Assembly: GCA_039930605.1 (NCBI GenBank)
Contig: JBDTTM010000001.1
Coordinates: 1 to 41,016, forward strand
Reading direction: 5' to 3'
From: Bacteroidota bacterium
GTDB taxonomy: Bacteria; Bacteroidota; Bacteroidia; AKYH767-A; 2013-40CM-41-45
Length of the DNA: 41,016 nucleotides
Part shown: piece after piece, positions 8,077-17,450 of the stretch
How the letters are laid out: every line of letters begins with the position of its first letter
Position numbering within the stretch: the stretch's first letter is position 1
Notes under the pieces: generated by a model
Seen by the model: only the letters and a program-made list of their open reading frames with translations
Database searches by the model: none
What the model was told of the DNA's origin: nothing
Made by a program: the position numbers and the translations under genes

Positions 8077-8580
8077 ATGCAAATTCAAACCTTGATCCTT
8101 GATAGTGTCCAGATTGATCAGAAAATTAACCGGATCGCATGGCAGATTTATGAAGACAATGCCGGTGAAAAGGAGATTATCCTTGCCGGTATTTTATCAA
8201 GCGGGTATGCAGTCGCTGAAAAGATTGCTGCTTGCTTAAAAAAAATATCATCTCTGGAGGTGCACCTGATTACGATAAAAATTAACAAACACAGCCATCA
8301 TGACGAAGAAGTAAATATTTCCGTTGCTTCAGCTTCTTTGAAAGATAAAATTGTGATTGTTGTTGATGATGTGCTCAATTCAGGAAAAACCATGATGTAT
8401 GCCTTGCGCCCATTTCTTTCTGCAGATCTCAAAAAACTCAGAACAGTAGTGCTGGTAGACAGGAATCATAAACGCTACCCGATATCCGCCGATTTTGCAG
8501 GACTCTCGTTGGCAACAACATTGCAGGAACATGTTTCAGTAATACTGAATGAAACATCTGCAGGGGTTTATTTAAGCTGA
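8077..8580 (+). CDS. PyrR-like phosphoribosyltransferase family protein
   Basis: 167 aa. PRPP-binding loop IVIVVDDVLNSGKTM. VVLVDRNHKRYPISADFAGL resembles the PyrR/UPRTase C-terminal motif. The overall layout matches PyrR by eye. Confidence 0.75.
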   Translation: MQIQTLILDSVQIDQKINRIAWQIYEDNAGEKEIILAGILSSGYAVAEKIAACLKKISSLEVHLITIKINKHSHHDEEVNISVASASLKDKIVIVVDDVLNSGKTMMYALRPFLSADLKKLRTVVLVDRNHKRYPISADFAGLSLATTLQEHVSVILNETSAGVYLS

Positions 8581-8600
8581 AATACCTTTTAACTGTACAG

Positions 8601-9161
8601 ATGTCTTCAAAAAAAATATACCCGGAAAGATCAGCTGGAAATTTCACGCTGCTAATTTTTGTCTTCATTGCATTTACCACATCTGTCAAAGGTCAATATC
8701 GGGAGTTGATCTTTTATAAATTCCCTGTTGGACAGGTCAAGTATTTTCATAAAGATGAAACAGTGATCTTCAAATTAAAATCAGACGAAAAATTTGTTAT
8801 TCGCAAGGGCAAAATCAATCTCATAACTGATACAATGTATGAAGTGAATAAGGTTCGTTTCCGACCTGAAAATTTACAGTGGATAACTCCGCCTCCATCA
8901 AAACAACACCGTATTATTAAAGCATTATCGGGTACAATTATTCTATCCGCTGGATTGGCAACCCTTGCTTACGGCATATTATATTTTCCGGCAGAGCATT
9001 TAAGGAAGGAAAACGAAGTTAAGTATCACAAAAAGAACGAAGATGCAATCACTTATTCGCTTGCGGGGTTGGGAATCGCAGCTATTTCAATTCCTATTTA
9101 CCAGATTCATCCAAAAAGATACTCGGTATCAAAAAGATGGAGAACTAAATACCAGCGTTAA
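8601..9161 (+). CDS. Hypothetical membrane protein
   Basis: N-terminal signal/anchor NFTLLIFVFIAFTTSVKGQ. Two C-terminal hydrophobic helices (ALSGTIILSAGLATLAYGILYF, YSLAGLGIAAISIPIY). No family recognised. Confidence 0.6.
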   Translation: MSSKKIYPERSAGNFTLLIFVFIAFTTSVKGQYRELIFYKFPVGQVKYFHKDETVIFKLKSDEKFVIRKGKINLITDTMYEVNKVRFRPENLQWITPPPSKQHRIIKALSGTIILSAGLATLAYGILYFPAEHLRKENEVKYHKKNEDAITYSLAGLGIAAISIPIYQIHPKRYSVSKRWRTKYQR

Positions 9162-9178
9162 ACCTGGCGTCTGCGGGA

Positions 9179-9694
9179 TCAACTCATTTTTATTTTCCTG
9201 CCAATAGCGCTGCTTAATTTGACAGGGGTGCAAGTTTCTGCATTTATAGTCAGGTTTGCTTTCTCGTAGTAGCTTCTTCTTCCAGCAAGTGTTTCCGTAA
9301 TGTAAATCATGAGTTCTATATCGGTCAGGTGGGAAATCAGCGGCCTGGTTTTTTTTTCTTTTAGCAGGCGATGAAATAAAAATGCTGCGCTGGCTTCGAG
9401 ATAGATGGTAAATCCATTTTCATTCATCCATTCCATATTCCCTTTGACACAAGGAAGGCCGCCGCCAGTTGCGATGATGGCTTGTCTGTTTTTTGAAAGC
9501 GTTCTGAGAACTTCAGCTTCCTTTTCCCTGAATAAAGCTTCACCCTGTTTTTTAAATATCTCATGAATGGTTTCTCCGTCTTCCAATTCGATCATTCGAT
9601 CTGTATCTTTTAACGGATATTTGAGAAGTTCCGCGGATTTTTCTGCAAGGTAAGTTTTGCCACTGCCGGGAAAGCCGATAAGAAAAATTTTCAT
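9179..9694 (-). CDS. aroK: Shikimate kinase
   Basis: 171 aa. P-loop IGFPGSGKT. DTDRMIE...GETIHEIF...GEALFREKE, and ATGGG. Confidence 0.9.
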   Translation of the reverse strand: MKIFLIGFPGSGKTYLAEKSAELLKYPLKDTDRMIELEDGETIHEIFKKQGEALFREKEAEVLRTLSKNRQAIIATGGGLPCVKGNMEWMNENGFTIYLEASAAFLFHRLLKEKKTRPLISHLTDIELMIYITETLAGRRSYYEKANLTINAETCTPVKLSSAIGRKIKMS

Positions 9695-9738
9695 GTTGCA
9701 GTAATAACGGAAATATGACAGCGATATTTGACAGCGTT

Positions 9739-10986
9739 TCAGACTTGCTTGTATTCCTTTCTAATCGCCCATTTGATTAGCGGGGCGCTGCTGATGCTTG
9801 TAAGGAGAGCCATCACAATCAAGGCAACATACAGATCAGCCTGAATAATTCCGGCCTTGAATGCAATCGTGCCGAGTAATATTTCCATTGCACCACGGGC
9901 ATTCATTCCGAATCCCACTGCCAGTGAATTACGGAAATCAAGACCACCTATGTAAGCACCGATACTTGCACCACTGATTTTTCCGACAGAGGCAATGACA
10001 AGTACAATCAGAATGAGCTGAAGGTTGAAATGTTCGATGAAATTTACATGTAAGCCAATACTGACAAAAAACAATGGTGCAAAAATGTTGGTCACAAATT
10101 GATGTATAATTTCCCGCGCACGTTCATGCAAATGGACACTGTCACCCAGCGCAATTCCCATAATAAAAGAGCCAAGTATAGCATGAACTCCCATGCCTTC
10201 AGTAAAAGCTGCGCAAATAAAACAAAGTCCAAGAGAGAAGGACAATACTCCTCCCGGCCAGGAAAGCTTTGTCTGAATATAGGGCAATGACTTGCTCAAC
10301 AATTTTCTTCCTATTGTAAGCATAAATGCGCCGAATGCGAGCACATATAAAATGGTTAATCCGAGGTCACTCCCTACTCCACGATGCTCCATCATTGCAA
10401 GTACAATGGAAAATATCAGCCAGCCGATAAGGTCATTGAACATGGCAGAGGCCATTATCAACATTCCTAATTTGGTCCGGTACATGTTCATATCCATCAG
10501 TATCCTGGCAATGACAGGTAGTGCGGTGATAGCCATCGCAGTTCCAAAGAAAACAGACAGGATCAAATGTGATTCTTCAGATTGGAGCTGGAATAAATCA
10601 GGTCTTAACCATGCCACCCAAAACCCGATAGTGAATGGAATTGCAAGGCTTGTGAGACTTGTATACAATGCAAGTTTTCCCTGTTTGAGTACAACAGGAA
10701 GTTGAACTTCCATTCCTGCAACAAATAATAGCATCACCACAGAAATCTGAGTAATTGCATTCATCGAAATCGCAACATTTCCGGTTTCAGGAAAAAAATG
10801 ATTGAAGAATTCCGGGAAAATCATTCCGACTATTGAGGGTCCGAGAATAACACCGACGATCATTTCGCCCATTACAATTGGAAGTTTAATTTTCCTGCCA
10901 AGTTCAGCAAACATGCGTGATGCAAGCAGCATGATGCTGATTGAAGTGAATAGTACAACTACATCACTATGGGAAAGCGTCTCCAT
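9739..10986 (-). CDS. Cation:proton antiporter (CPA2, Kef/NapA-type)
   Basis: 415 aa with about 12 hydrophobic helices. GEMIVGVILGPS near the N-terminus and SAMFNDLIGW are typical of the Na_H_exchanger family. Confidence 0.88.
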   Translation of the reverse strand: METLSHSDVVVLFTSISIMLLASRMFAELGRKIKLPIVMGEMIVGVILGPSIVGMIFPEFFNHFFPETGNVAISMNAITQISVVMLLFVAGMEVQLPVVLKQGKLALYTSLTSLAIPFTIGFWVAWLRPDLFQLQSEESHLILSVFFGTAMAITALPVIARILMDMNMYRTKLGMLIMASAMFNDLIGWLIFSIVLAMMEHRGVGSDLGLTILYVLAFGAFMLTIGRKLLSKSLPYIQTKLSWPGGVLSFSLGLCFICAAFTEGMGVHAILGSFIMGIALGDSVHLHERAREIIHQFVTNIFAPLFFVSIGLHVNFIEHFNLQLILIVLVIASVGKISGASIGAYIGGLDFRNSLAVGFGMNARGAMEILLGTIAFKAGIIQADLYVALIVMALLTSISSAPLIKWAIRKEYKQV

Positions 10987-10989
10987 AGA

Positions 10990-11856
10990 TCAGAAAACCC
11001 TTGAATGCACGATGAGCATATTGCAGGGTAAATCAGCCAGCATATATTCGAGGTCATGCGTAAAAATGCGGTCAAAAATATTCATGTGATGGTCAGGGGA
11101 ATTGACTACAAGTAGATCAGCATTTACGCTCTGTGCATATTGACCGATGGTAAATCCGCGCCGGCCGGAAAATGTTTTCGCTTTCAGCAAAATACCATTG
11201 CTGTCAATCCTGGAAATTAATTCCTCAAGTTTTGAATTTTCCTCTGAGAGGATTGATTCTTTAAAATATGCTGCTTCGGGTTCTGTGCTGTCATCAGCAA
11301 TACTCATGCTCACAGCAGGAATATCCACTTCATCAACAATGATGACATCCTTTAGCTTTTCCTTTTGCGCAACGTATATTGCTGTTTCAATGCTATGGAT
11401 ACTTTTGGAATGATCATGTCCGTTTACTACCATTCTTTGAAAAGGGACAGGATTTAATTTCGGTTCAATGATCATCAGAACAGAACATTTTGCTCTGCGG
11501 CTTATTTCCCTGGAAACGGAACCCAGGTAATACTTCAACATATTCTCCTTTTCTACTGCACCAATGATAAGCAGGTCTACTATTTGCGCTTTGCAGACAG
11601 ACAGGATTGTTTCCACCGCGTCTCCCTCCTTCCAAACCACCGTTGAGTTGGCATCTGTGAAGCCATAATGATTTAAAATATTGGCAAGGTGTTTTTCTTT
11701 TTCCCCCGAGCGTTTCCCGACATGAATAAATACAATGCGGGCATTAAATAGGGTAGTGAACCGTTTGGCTTCCGCAATAAGTGCCTCCAGACGCGGGGAA
11801 AATGCGACAGCCAGCGCAATTGTTTCGAAAGGATAAGAAGATTTGCCCTTGATCAT
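10990..11856 (-). CDS. Universal stress protein, tandem Usp domains
   Basis: 288 aa with two Usp-like halves (IALAVAFS...LLIIG...SVLMI and MVVNGHDHS...LLVVNS...NMLIVH). The stop lies 3 nt from the antiporter start, so the two are probably co-transcribed. Confidence 0.82.
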   Translation of the reverse strand: MIKGKSSYPFETIALAVAFSPRLEALIAEAKRFTTLFNARIVFIHVGKRSGEKEKHLANILNHYGFTDANSTVVWKEGDAVETILSVCKAQIVDLLIIGAVEKENMLKYYLGSVSREISRRAKCSVLMIIEPKLNPVPFQRMVVNGHDHSKSIHSIETAIYVAQKEKLKDVIIVDEVDIPAVSMSIADDSTEPEAAYFKESILSEENSKLEELISRIDSNGILLKAKTFSGRRGFTIGQYAQSVNADLLVVNSPDHHMNIFDRIFTHDLEYMLADLPCNMLIVHSRVF

Positions 11857-11883
11857 TGCCTGCGGTTTTTAGGAGGTGTCTCA

Positions 11884-11891
11884 CAAACCTA
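11884..11891 (-). promoter_or_regulatory. Putative -7 box (TAGGTTTG on the minus strand)
   Basis: Plus strand reads caaaccta, 28 nt upstream of the usp ATG at 11856. Confidence 0.4.
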
Positions 11892-12004
11892 AAGTATATT
11901 ATCGGAATTGCAAATTCAGGGGATAATTAGTTATGAACGAATGAAATTGCGACGAACCTGAGAAGTTAAATTCATGACAATTGAAATGATTGTATAATTT
12001 ATAA

Positions 12005-12012
12005 TATTTTTG
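12005..12012 (+). promoter_or_regulatory. Putative -7 box TATTTTTG
   Basis: Only 5 nt before the ATG at 12018, which would imply a leaderless or near-leaderless mRNA. It may be coincidental. Confidence 0.25.
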
Positions 12013-12017
12013 TTCGC

Positions 12018-12938
12018 ATGAAACGTACACTGATATTTTGTATTTCTTTTTTAGTAATCCATCAATTTTCTATGGAGGCCTTTGCCCAGGATGAAAACAA
12101 TGATGAAGACTCCACAGTTTCCTACAAAGGCGCCCGGGGATTTCATATCGGGTTTTACATGGGTGCATTTTTTCCGAATAAAAATTCAACTACAATTTAT
12201 GACGGATATGGATACGATGTGAATGGAAACAGAAATGATTTCTCAAACAGTTTTATGTATAGAAGAATTGTAACCGAGAATGATCCCAACAATGGAAGTA
12301 CAGACAGGATCGCAACAGAATTAGGCGTGGTGAATCATGAGGACTGGAGATTTAATGAAACTGACATGCCTACCAATTTAAAATACAGCACGGCATTTTT
12401 ATTTGGACTTGCATTGAATTATGGACTGGATAAAAAGCAATCCATCATCGCCAATTTGAATTTTGCCAAACTGCGTGTGACGGGAAATTTCACGATTGAA
12501 TCGCGCAACACTGTGAACCAGCAATTGCAGGACTTCAAAAATAATCAATTTGCAATTGTCGGATCAGAGCAGCGGATGATGATCCAGCTCGGATACAGCC
12601 GGATACTGGGTGATAATGAAAAGGGAAATTTTTTTATTGAAGCAGGTCTATGTGTAAACAATGCCAAACTTGAAAAGAATTTTGTGCAGATTAATAGTCT
12701 GGAATTGGACCTCACTTCTTTTGACCAAAATGTAGTTGGTGGATCTTCTGTATACGTTGGTCATTACACAGGGTGGGGCTTTGGCGCCTTTGCGGGTCTG
12801 GGACTGAACCTGACCATGAATCCAAAATACACCATCCAGTTTTTATATACGCCAAGTTATGAGACGATCAATCTTGGTCAGGATCCTGTAACAGCTGTTC
12901 AACACAGCATCGGATTAAGGGCATATTACAATTTCTAA
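12018..12938 (+). CDS. Hypothetical outer-membrane beta-barrel protein
   Basis: Signal peptide ending AFAQ. Alternating-strand pattern (GFHIGFYMGAFF, AFLFGLALNYG, GFGAFAGLGLNL). C-terminal LRAYYNF with a terminal aromatic residue. Confidence 0.6.
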   Translation: MKRTLIFCISFLVIHQFSMEAFAQDENNDEDSTVSYKGARGFHIGFYMGAFFPNKNSTTIYDGYGYDVNGNRNDFSNSFMYRRIVTENDPNNGSTDRIATELGVVNHEDWRFNETDMPTNLKYSTAFLFGLALNYGLDKKQSIIANLNFAKLRVTGNFTIESRNTVNQQLQDFKNNQFAIVGSEQRMMIQLGYSRILGDNEKGNFFIEAGLCVNNAKLEKNFVQINSLELDLTSFDQNVVGGSSVYVGHYTGWGFGAFAGLGLNLTMNPKYTIQFLYTPSYETINLGQDPVTAVQHSIGLRAYYNF

Positions 12939-13232
12939 ATAAAGTTTTTATGTTGAGATTACTGCTACCGTGGTAAACGAACAGGTGGAATAGGCGAAAA
13001 GTATTCAACCTTTTTTTTCTGAAAGAACCTTGTAAAATGATGTAGAATCATTATCTTGCTTCCGGATTTTTATACTGCGAATAAAAAAATCAAAAGGCAA
13101 AGGGGGATGAGCATGGGAAAGGGACCCGGTTCATCAAGTTTATACAAGCTTAAAATTAATGAGAGTGATTCATTGCTCTGTAAATTGAATATGTTCGTCT
13201 CAAAGTCAAAACTATTTAATTCCAATAACCAT

Positions 13233-16200
13233 ATGAAAAAATTACTATTTGCTTTTACCATCTCCCTGGGCCTGGCAACTATTGTCAATGCACAGTGTAC
13301 ATTGACGAATGCAACAGGTTGCAGGTGCTCTGACACAACAAATACAAATTGTGATTTACTTCCTGATATATGCATCGCACGGCTGCCGCTTACACAGGCA
13401 AGTAATTATGCTGAGTATCCGCAGGTATGCAATCCGCCCTGCAATGGAAATGACGCAAGGTTGCGACTTGGAGTCTCTACACCTATAATTGGATTTGGAC
13501 CACTGGAGACGAGAGGTACATCCAAGTATGTATGCGGAACGGATACGGTAGATGCAGGTACAGTTGCAAATATTCCAACTGCCTGCCCGGTGACTGGGGT
13601 ACCACCCCATCAATTGATAAACCAACGTATATATCATAAAAGCGGAAACACGATGACCTTTACTGACCGTGCTGCAGGATCGATGACTTATCATCCAACA
13701 CATGGTCACCAACATGTCGACAACTGGGGTATTTATACATTAAGGACAGCGACTGCAGATCCTAACCCTGTCAATTGGCCAATCATCGGAACAGGAACGA
13801 AACTTGGTTTCTGCTTATTGGATATCGGTAGTTGCAATGGCGGCGTCGGATATTGCACTGACTCTGCAGGTAACACTTTAACCCAGACAAATTTTAATAC
13901 AAGCAGTTTCCGGAATTATGGATTAGGTGGAGGCAGCTATGGTTGTTCCAATACAATGCAGGGAATTTCGAATGGTTATATGGACACCTACAGTTCCGGC
14001 CTGGATGGGATGTGGATTACCATTCCTCCCGGAACATGCAACGGTACTTATTATGTGGTTATTCAAATTGACCCATTGAACTATTTTAATGAAACCAATG
14101 AAAACAACAATGTTGTTGCTGTACCATTTACCCTCACTCAGCAGGCAGGCAGTGCAGTTTCCATCGGCGTAAGCGGACCCACAACTTTTTGCCAGGGTGG
14201 AAGTGTTACGTTGACGGCAAGCAGCGGTGCGTTGAACTACGTATGGTCCAATGGAGCAACAACACAGGCAATTGTAGTAACCACTTCAGGTACATATACA
14301 GTAAGCAGTAATACTTCAACAAGTTGTCCATCTGTTTCGGCACCTGTAACTATAAATGTGACTCCTATGAATGTGGTTGCAGCATCATCTCCGTTAGCAG
14401 TTTGCCAGGGTCAAAGCGTTCAATTATCTACTTCAACAAATGCTGCTTCAACTGTAAATCTTATATCAACTTCTACCAGCAATACGCAGGTATTCATCCC
14501 TGATAACAATGCAACCGGTGTTACATCTCCAATTACTATTGCGGGAATTAATCCAACAACTTTGAATGCAAACTCAATTGTTTCTGTTACCCTGAATCTT
14601 ACCCATACTTATGATGGTGACCTGATCGTTTCATTGATTTCACCTACAGGAAGTACCATCTACCTGAGCAACAGAAGAGGCGGCGGCGGACATAATTTTA
14701 CGAATACCATTTTCACCATGAGTGCAATAACTGCTGTTGGTTCTGGCGCTGCACCTTTTACAGGATCATTTGTTCCTGATGGTGCATACAGTTCTCTTAG
14801 CGGGAATGTAAATGGAACCTGGCAATTAAAAGTGGCGGATGTGGCTGCTGTTGATACAGGCAGAATTGTTAACTGGACTTTAAAATTATTCAATACTGTA
14901 ACGAATGTAGTTACCTACAACTGGACTTCAAACCCGGCGGGATTTAGTTCTACGCAGCAGAACCCGTCAGCCACGCCATCTGGTACTACCAGTTATACTG
15001 TTTCAGCATCTGACTTGAGCGGATGTGCAGGAACTTCTGCAGTAAGTGTCACTGTGAACCCGGTTCCTGTTATTTCCATCAGTCCCCCGATAAGCATTTG
15101 TGCCGGTGCAAGTACCACACTTACAGCTTCCGGTGCCAATTCATACCTCTGGTCTAACGGTGCCACAACTGCTAGTATCACTGTTACACCACCAGGGACT
15201 ACAACCTATTCCGTGAATGGTACCACAGCAGGATGTACGGGCACCAATAGTGTTACCGTAACAATCAGTTCAGTGATTTCTGTTGGTGTTTCATCAATTC
15301 AAAATGCAATTTGTACAGGTCAATCCACTACGTTGAACGCTACAGGAGCTTCAACCTATACATGGAACCCGGGCGGCTTATCTGGCGCCAGTGTTTCGGT
15401 TTCGCCGGCATCCTCAACTACCTATACCGTTACCGGAACAAGCGCCGGATGCACAGGTACAAACTCTATTGCAATTACCGTAAACCCATTGCCAACAGTA
15501 ACCGCGGGTAATGTAAGCGGTTGTGCAGGAACTTCTATTGCATTATCAGGAACTCCAGTTGGAGGAACCTGGAGTGTTGGGAATCCTTACTCCGGAAGCA
15601 GTACTAATTACACGCATACTTATACTAATGCAAATGGTTGTACCAATACAAGTGCTTCAGCAAATGTGACTGTTAATCCATTGCCGGCTGTTTCATCATC
15701 ATCAATTGCAGTGAGTTGCTTTGGCAGCATCAACGGATCGGTAACTGCATCTGCTTCCGGTGGAACACCTGTCTATAATTATTCATGGAATACAATACCG
15801 GTTCAGAATACGGCAACTGCTTCAGGAATTTCATCAGGTAATTACCAGGTTACGGTAACTGATGCAAACGGATGTATTGGTACCCAAACACAGTCTGTAT
15901 CTCAACCGGCAGTTATTTCTTCCTCTGCCAATGTTTCCGATGCAACGTGTGGATTATCCAATGGAAGTATAGACCTCTCCCCTTCCGGCGGTACTGCTCC
16001 TTTTAGTTATAGCTGGAATCCGGGTGGTGCCACATCTCAGGATCTTTCAGGAGTTGCGGCAGGCAATTATTCAGTACTTGTGACTGATGCCAATGGTTGT
16101 AGTCATTCTCAAACTTATACAGTATCACAAACAGGAGGGGCTCCCTCAGCGCCGGCTGCCGCTACAGGCAACAATTATATCTGTAAGAATGCATTTGGGA

Positions 16201-17450
16201 CTTCTTATTCGGTAGCCCTTGTAGCTGGTGCTACTTCATACACATGGTCAGTTCCAACCGGAGCAACGATTGCCACCGGGCAGGGATCAGGTTCAGTAAC
16301 AGTAAACTTCAGTGCTACACAGGCATCCGGAAATGTTTGTGTGTATGCTTCCAATGGTTGTGGCAGCAGTGCTTCTGTTTGTAAACCACTAACAGTAGTA
16401 ACGGCCAAACCGGGTGTACCAAGTGGAATTATTGCTCCGGCACTTTCATGCGAAGGTGCAACGGGGTTGTCATTTTCCTGCCTTGCTGTTATTAAAGCTG
16501 AATCCTATAACTGGAGTTTCCCTGCTGGTGTTGTAATCACCGGTGGCAGCGGTACAAATGCAGTTACTGTTAATATGCCAGCCACTTTTGTATCAGGAAG
16601 CGTTCGCGTTTCAGCAAGCAATTGTTTCGGTACCAGCAGCAACCGAGCGCTTACCATTTATGGCAAACCTTCAACACCGGGAGTGATAACTGGCGCAATC
16701 AATGAAGTATGTCCCGGTTCTGTGGCAATACCTTATACTGTAGCACCGGTAACAGCTGCATCCGGCTTTACATGGACACCTCCATTGAATGCTACAATTG
16801 CAAGCGGTCAAGGAACCAATTCGGTTACTGTTGACTACAGCGCATCCTTTACAACAGGAGCACTAAAAGTGGTTGCTGACAATATTTGTGGATCAAGCAG
16901 CATCCGCAGTACCACCATTCGTTCTGTACCTGTAACTCCAAACGGGATCACAGGAAGTGCTGCTGTTTGTGCGAACCAGACAGGCGTAGCTTATTCTGTG
17001 GCAGCAGTTGCCGGCGCTACCTCTTATGCATGGACGGTTCCAACAGGAGCAACGGTTGCTACCGGGCAAGGAACCGGTTCAATCACAGTAAACTTTGGCA
17101 GTGCATCAGGAAAGGTGAGTGTGCGATCGGTTAATTCCTGCGGACAAAGTTCAGCCCGAACATTCCAGGCAACCATCAACTGCAGGCAATCAGAAGCGAT
17201 CAGCGAATTATCACTCTTCCCCAATCCTGCGCATGACAAGTTGAACGTTGCATTCTATTCAGTTACCGAAGGTCCTTATGAAACCATCATCAGGGATGTA
17301 ACAGGGCGCATCGTTTACATCGGAAACAATCATGCCGTTGAAGGACAAAATCAACTGGAGATGAACATGACGGAATTTGCAAAAGGTGTGTACATGCTTT
17401 CTTTTGAAATGAATGATGTACATCTCGTGAGGAAGATTGCTGTTGAGTAA
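13233..17450 (+). CDS. Multidomain T9SS cargo: lysyl-oxidase-like domain, Ig-like repeats, proprotein-convertase P domain, SprB-type repeats, PKD-like repeats, T9SS C-terminal domain
   Basis: The ORF is open from 13056, but MKKLLFAFTISLGLATIVNAQ (ATG at 13233) is the first signal peptide. Domains are listed as separate entries below. Confidence 0.9.
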   Translation: MKKLLFAFTISLGLATIVNAQCTLTNATGCRCSDTTNTNCDLLPDICIARLPLTQASNYAEYPQVCNPPCNGNDARLRLGVSTPIIGFGPLETRGTSKYVCGTDTVDAGTVANIPTACPVTGVPPHQLINQRIYHKSGNTMTFTDRAAGSMTYHPTHGHQHVDNWGIYTLRTATADPNPVNWPIIGTGTKLGFCLLDIGSCNGGVGYCTDSAGNTLTQTNFNTSSFRNYGLGGGSYGCSNTMQGISNGYMDTYSSGLDGMWITIPPGTCNGTYYVVIQIDPLNYFNETNENNNVVAVPFTLTQQAGSAVSIGVSGPTTFCQGGSVTLTASSGALNYVWSNGATTQAIVVTTSGTYTVSSNTSTSCPSVSAPVTINVTPMNVVAASSPLAVCQGQSVQLSTSTNAASTVNLISTSTSNTQVFIPDNNATGVTSPITIAGINPTTLNANSIVSVTLNLTHTYDGDLIVSLISPTGSTIYLSNRRGGGGHNFTNTIFTMSAITAVGSGAAPFTGSFVPDGAYSSLSGNVNGTWQLKVADVAAVDTGRIVNWTLKLFNTVTNVVTYNWTSNPAGFSSTQQNPSATPSGTTSYTVSASDLSGCAGTSAVSVTVNPVPVISISPPISICAGASTTLTASGANSYLWSNGATTASITVTPPGTTTYSVNGTTAGCTGTNSVTVTISSVISVGVSSIQNAICTGQSTTLNATGASTYTWNPGGLSGASVSVSPASSTTYTVTGTSAGCTGTNSIAITVNPLPTVTAGNVSGCAGTSIALSGTPVGGTWSVGNPYSGSSTNYTHTYTNANGCTNTSASANVTVNPLPAVSSSSIAVSCFGSINGSVTASASGGTPVYNYSWNTIPVQNTATASGISSGNYQVTVTDANGCIGTQTQSVSQPAVISSSANVSDATCGLSNGSIDLSPSGGTAPFSYSWNPGGATSQDLSGVAAGNYSVLVTDANGCSHSQTYTVSQTGGAPSAPAAATGNNYICKNAFGTSYSVALVAGATSYTWSVPTGATIATGQGSGSVTVNFSATQASGNVCVYASNGCGSSASVCKPLTVVTAKPGVPSGIIAPALSCEGATGLSFSCLAVIKAESYNWSFPAGVVITGGSGTNAVTVNMPATFVSGSVRVSASNCFGTSSNRALTIYGKPSTPGVITGAINEVCPGSVAIPYTVAPVTAASGFTWTPPLNATIASGQGTNSVTVDYSASFTTGALKVVADNICGSSSIRSTTIRSVPVTPNGITGSAAVCANQTGVAYSVAAVAGATSYAWTVPTGATVATGQGTGSITVNFGSASGKVSVRSVNSCGQSSARTFQATINCRQSEAISELSLFPNPAHDKLNVAFYSVTEGPYETIIRDVTGRIVYIGNNHAVEGQNQLEMNMTEFAKGVYMLSFEMNDVHLVRKIAVE
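13350..14142 (+). other. Lysyl-oxidase-like catalytic domain
   Basis: By-eye alignment to human LOX: DLLPD vs DLVPD. YHPTHGHQHVDNW vs WHSCHQHYHSMDEF (HxHxH at 13701-13715). GTKLGFCLLDIGSC vs GHKASFCLEDTSC (Lys codon 13800-13802). QGISNGYMDTYSSGLDGMWITI...NETNENNNVV vs [22 protein letters not shown]...ESDYTNNVV (Tyr codon 13989-13991). Confidence 0.75.
14490..14895 (+). other. Proprotein-convertase P domain (no adjoining subtilisin domain)
   Basis: IPDNNATGVTSPITI...VSVTLNLTHTYDGDLIVSLISPTGSTIYLSNRRGGGGHNF...GNVNGTWQLKVADVAAVDTGRIVNWTLKL matches the P_proprotein pattern (H.y.gDL...L.SP.Gt...L; G.W.L.v.D....d.G.l..W.L). Confidence 0.7.
15690..16130 (+). repeat. Two SprB-type repeats (coding)
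   Basis: VSCFGSINGSVTASASGGTPVYNYSWN...GNYQVTVTDANGC and ATCGLSNGSIDLSPSGGTAPFSYSWN...GNYSVLVTDANGC. Confidence 0.55.
16135..17170 (+). repeat. Four tandem PKD-like / Ig-like repeats of about 87 aa (coding)
   Basis: Recurrent pattern P..P..I.G...vC.....YSV..V.GATSY.W.vP.GAti..GQG..S.TVnF.....G.v.V...N.CG.S. Units 1 and 4 share GATSY(T/A)W(S/T)VPTGAT(I/V)ATGQG(S/T)GS(V/I)TVNF. Confidence 0.6.
17205..17447 (+). other. T9SS type-A C-terminal sorting domain
   Basis: ELSLFPNPAHDKLNVAF...DVTGRIVY...GQNQLEMNMTEFAKGVYMLSFEMNDVHLVRKIAVE. Confidence 0.85.

Noticed and set aside
7903-8088. 61-aa minus-strand ORF covering the divergent intergenic region
   Set aside because: It overlaps the start of the 83-aa gene, its promoter box and the PyrR-like start codon. 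The hydrophobic low-complexity translation has no independent support.
8077-8580. PRTase as a possible defence-system effector (retron- or abortive-infection-type)
   Set aside because: No reverse transcriptase, ncRNA repeats, nuclease or ATPase partner is nearby. The protein aligns along its full length with PyrR-type PRTases and lies near aroK (one membrane-protein gene between them), a housekeeping context I recall as common in Bacteroidota.
10099-11413. Plus-strand ORFs (10099-10290, 10292-10705, 10802-11089, 11147-11413) opposite the antiporter and Usp genes
   Set aside because: All are shadow ORFs antisense to genes with clear family motifs.
13056-13232. 59-codon N-terminal extension of the LOX-like protein ORF (TTG-type start)
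   Set aside because: The extension has no signal peptide. A canonical signal peptide begins at the ATG at 13233, and T9SS cargo requires Sec export.
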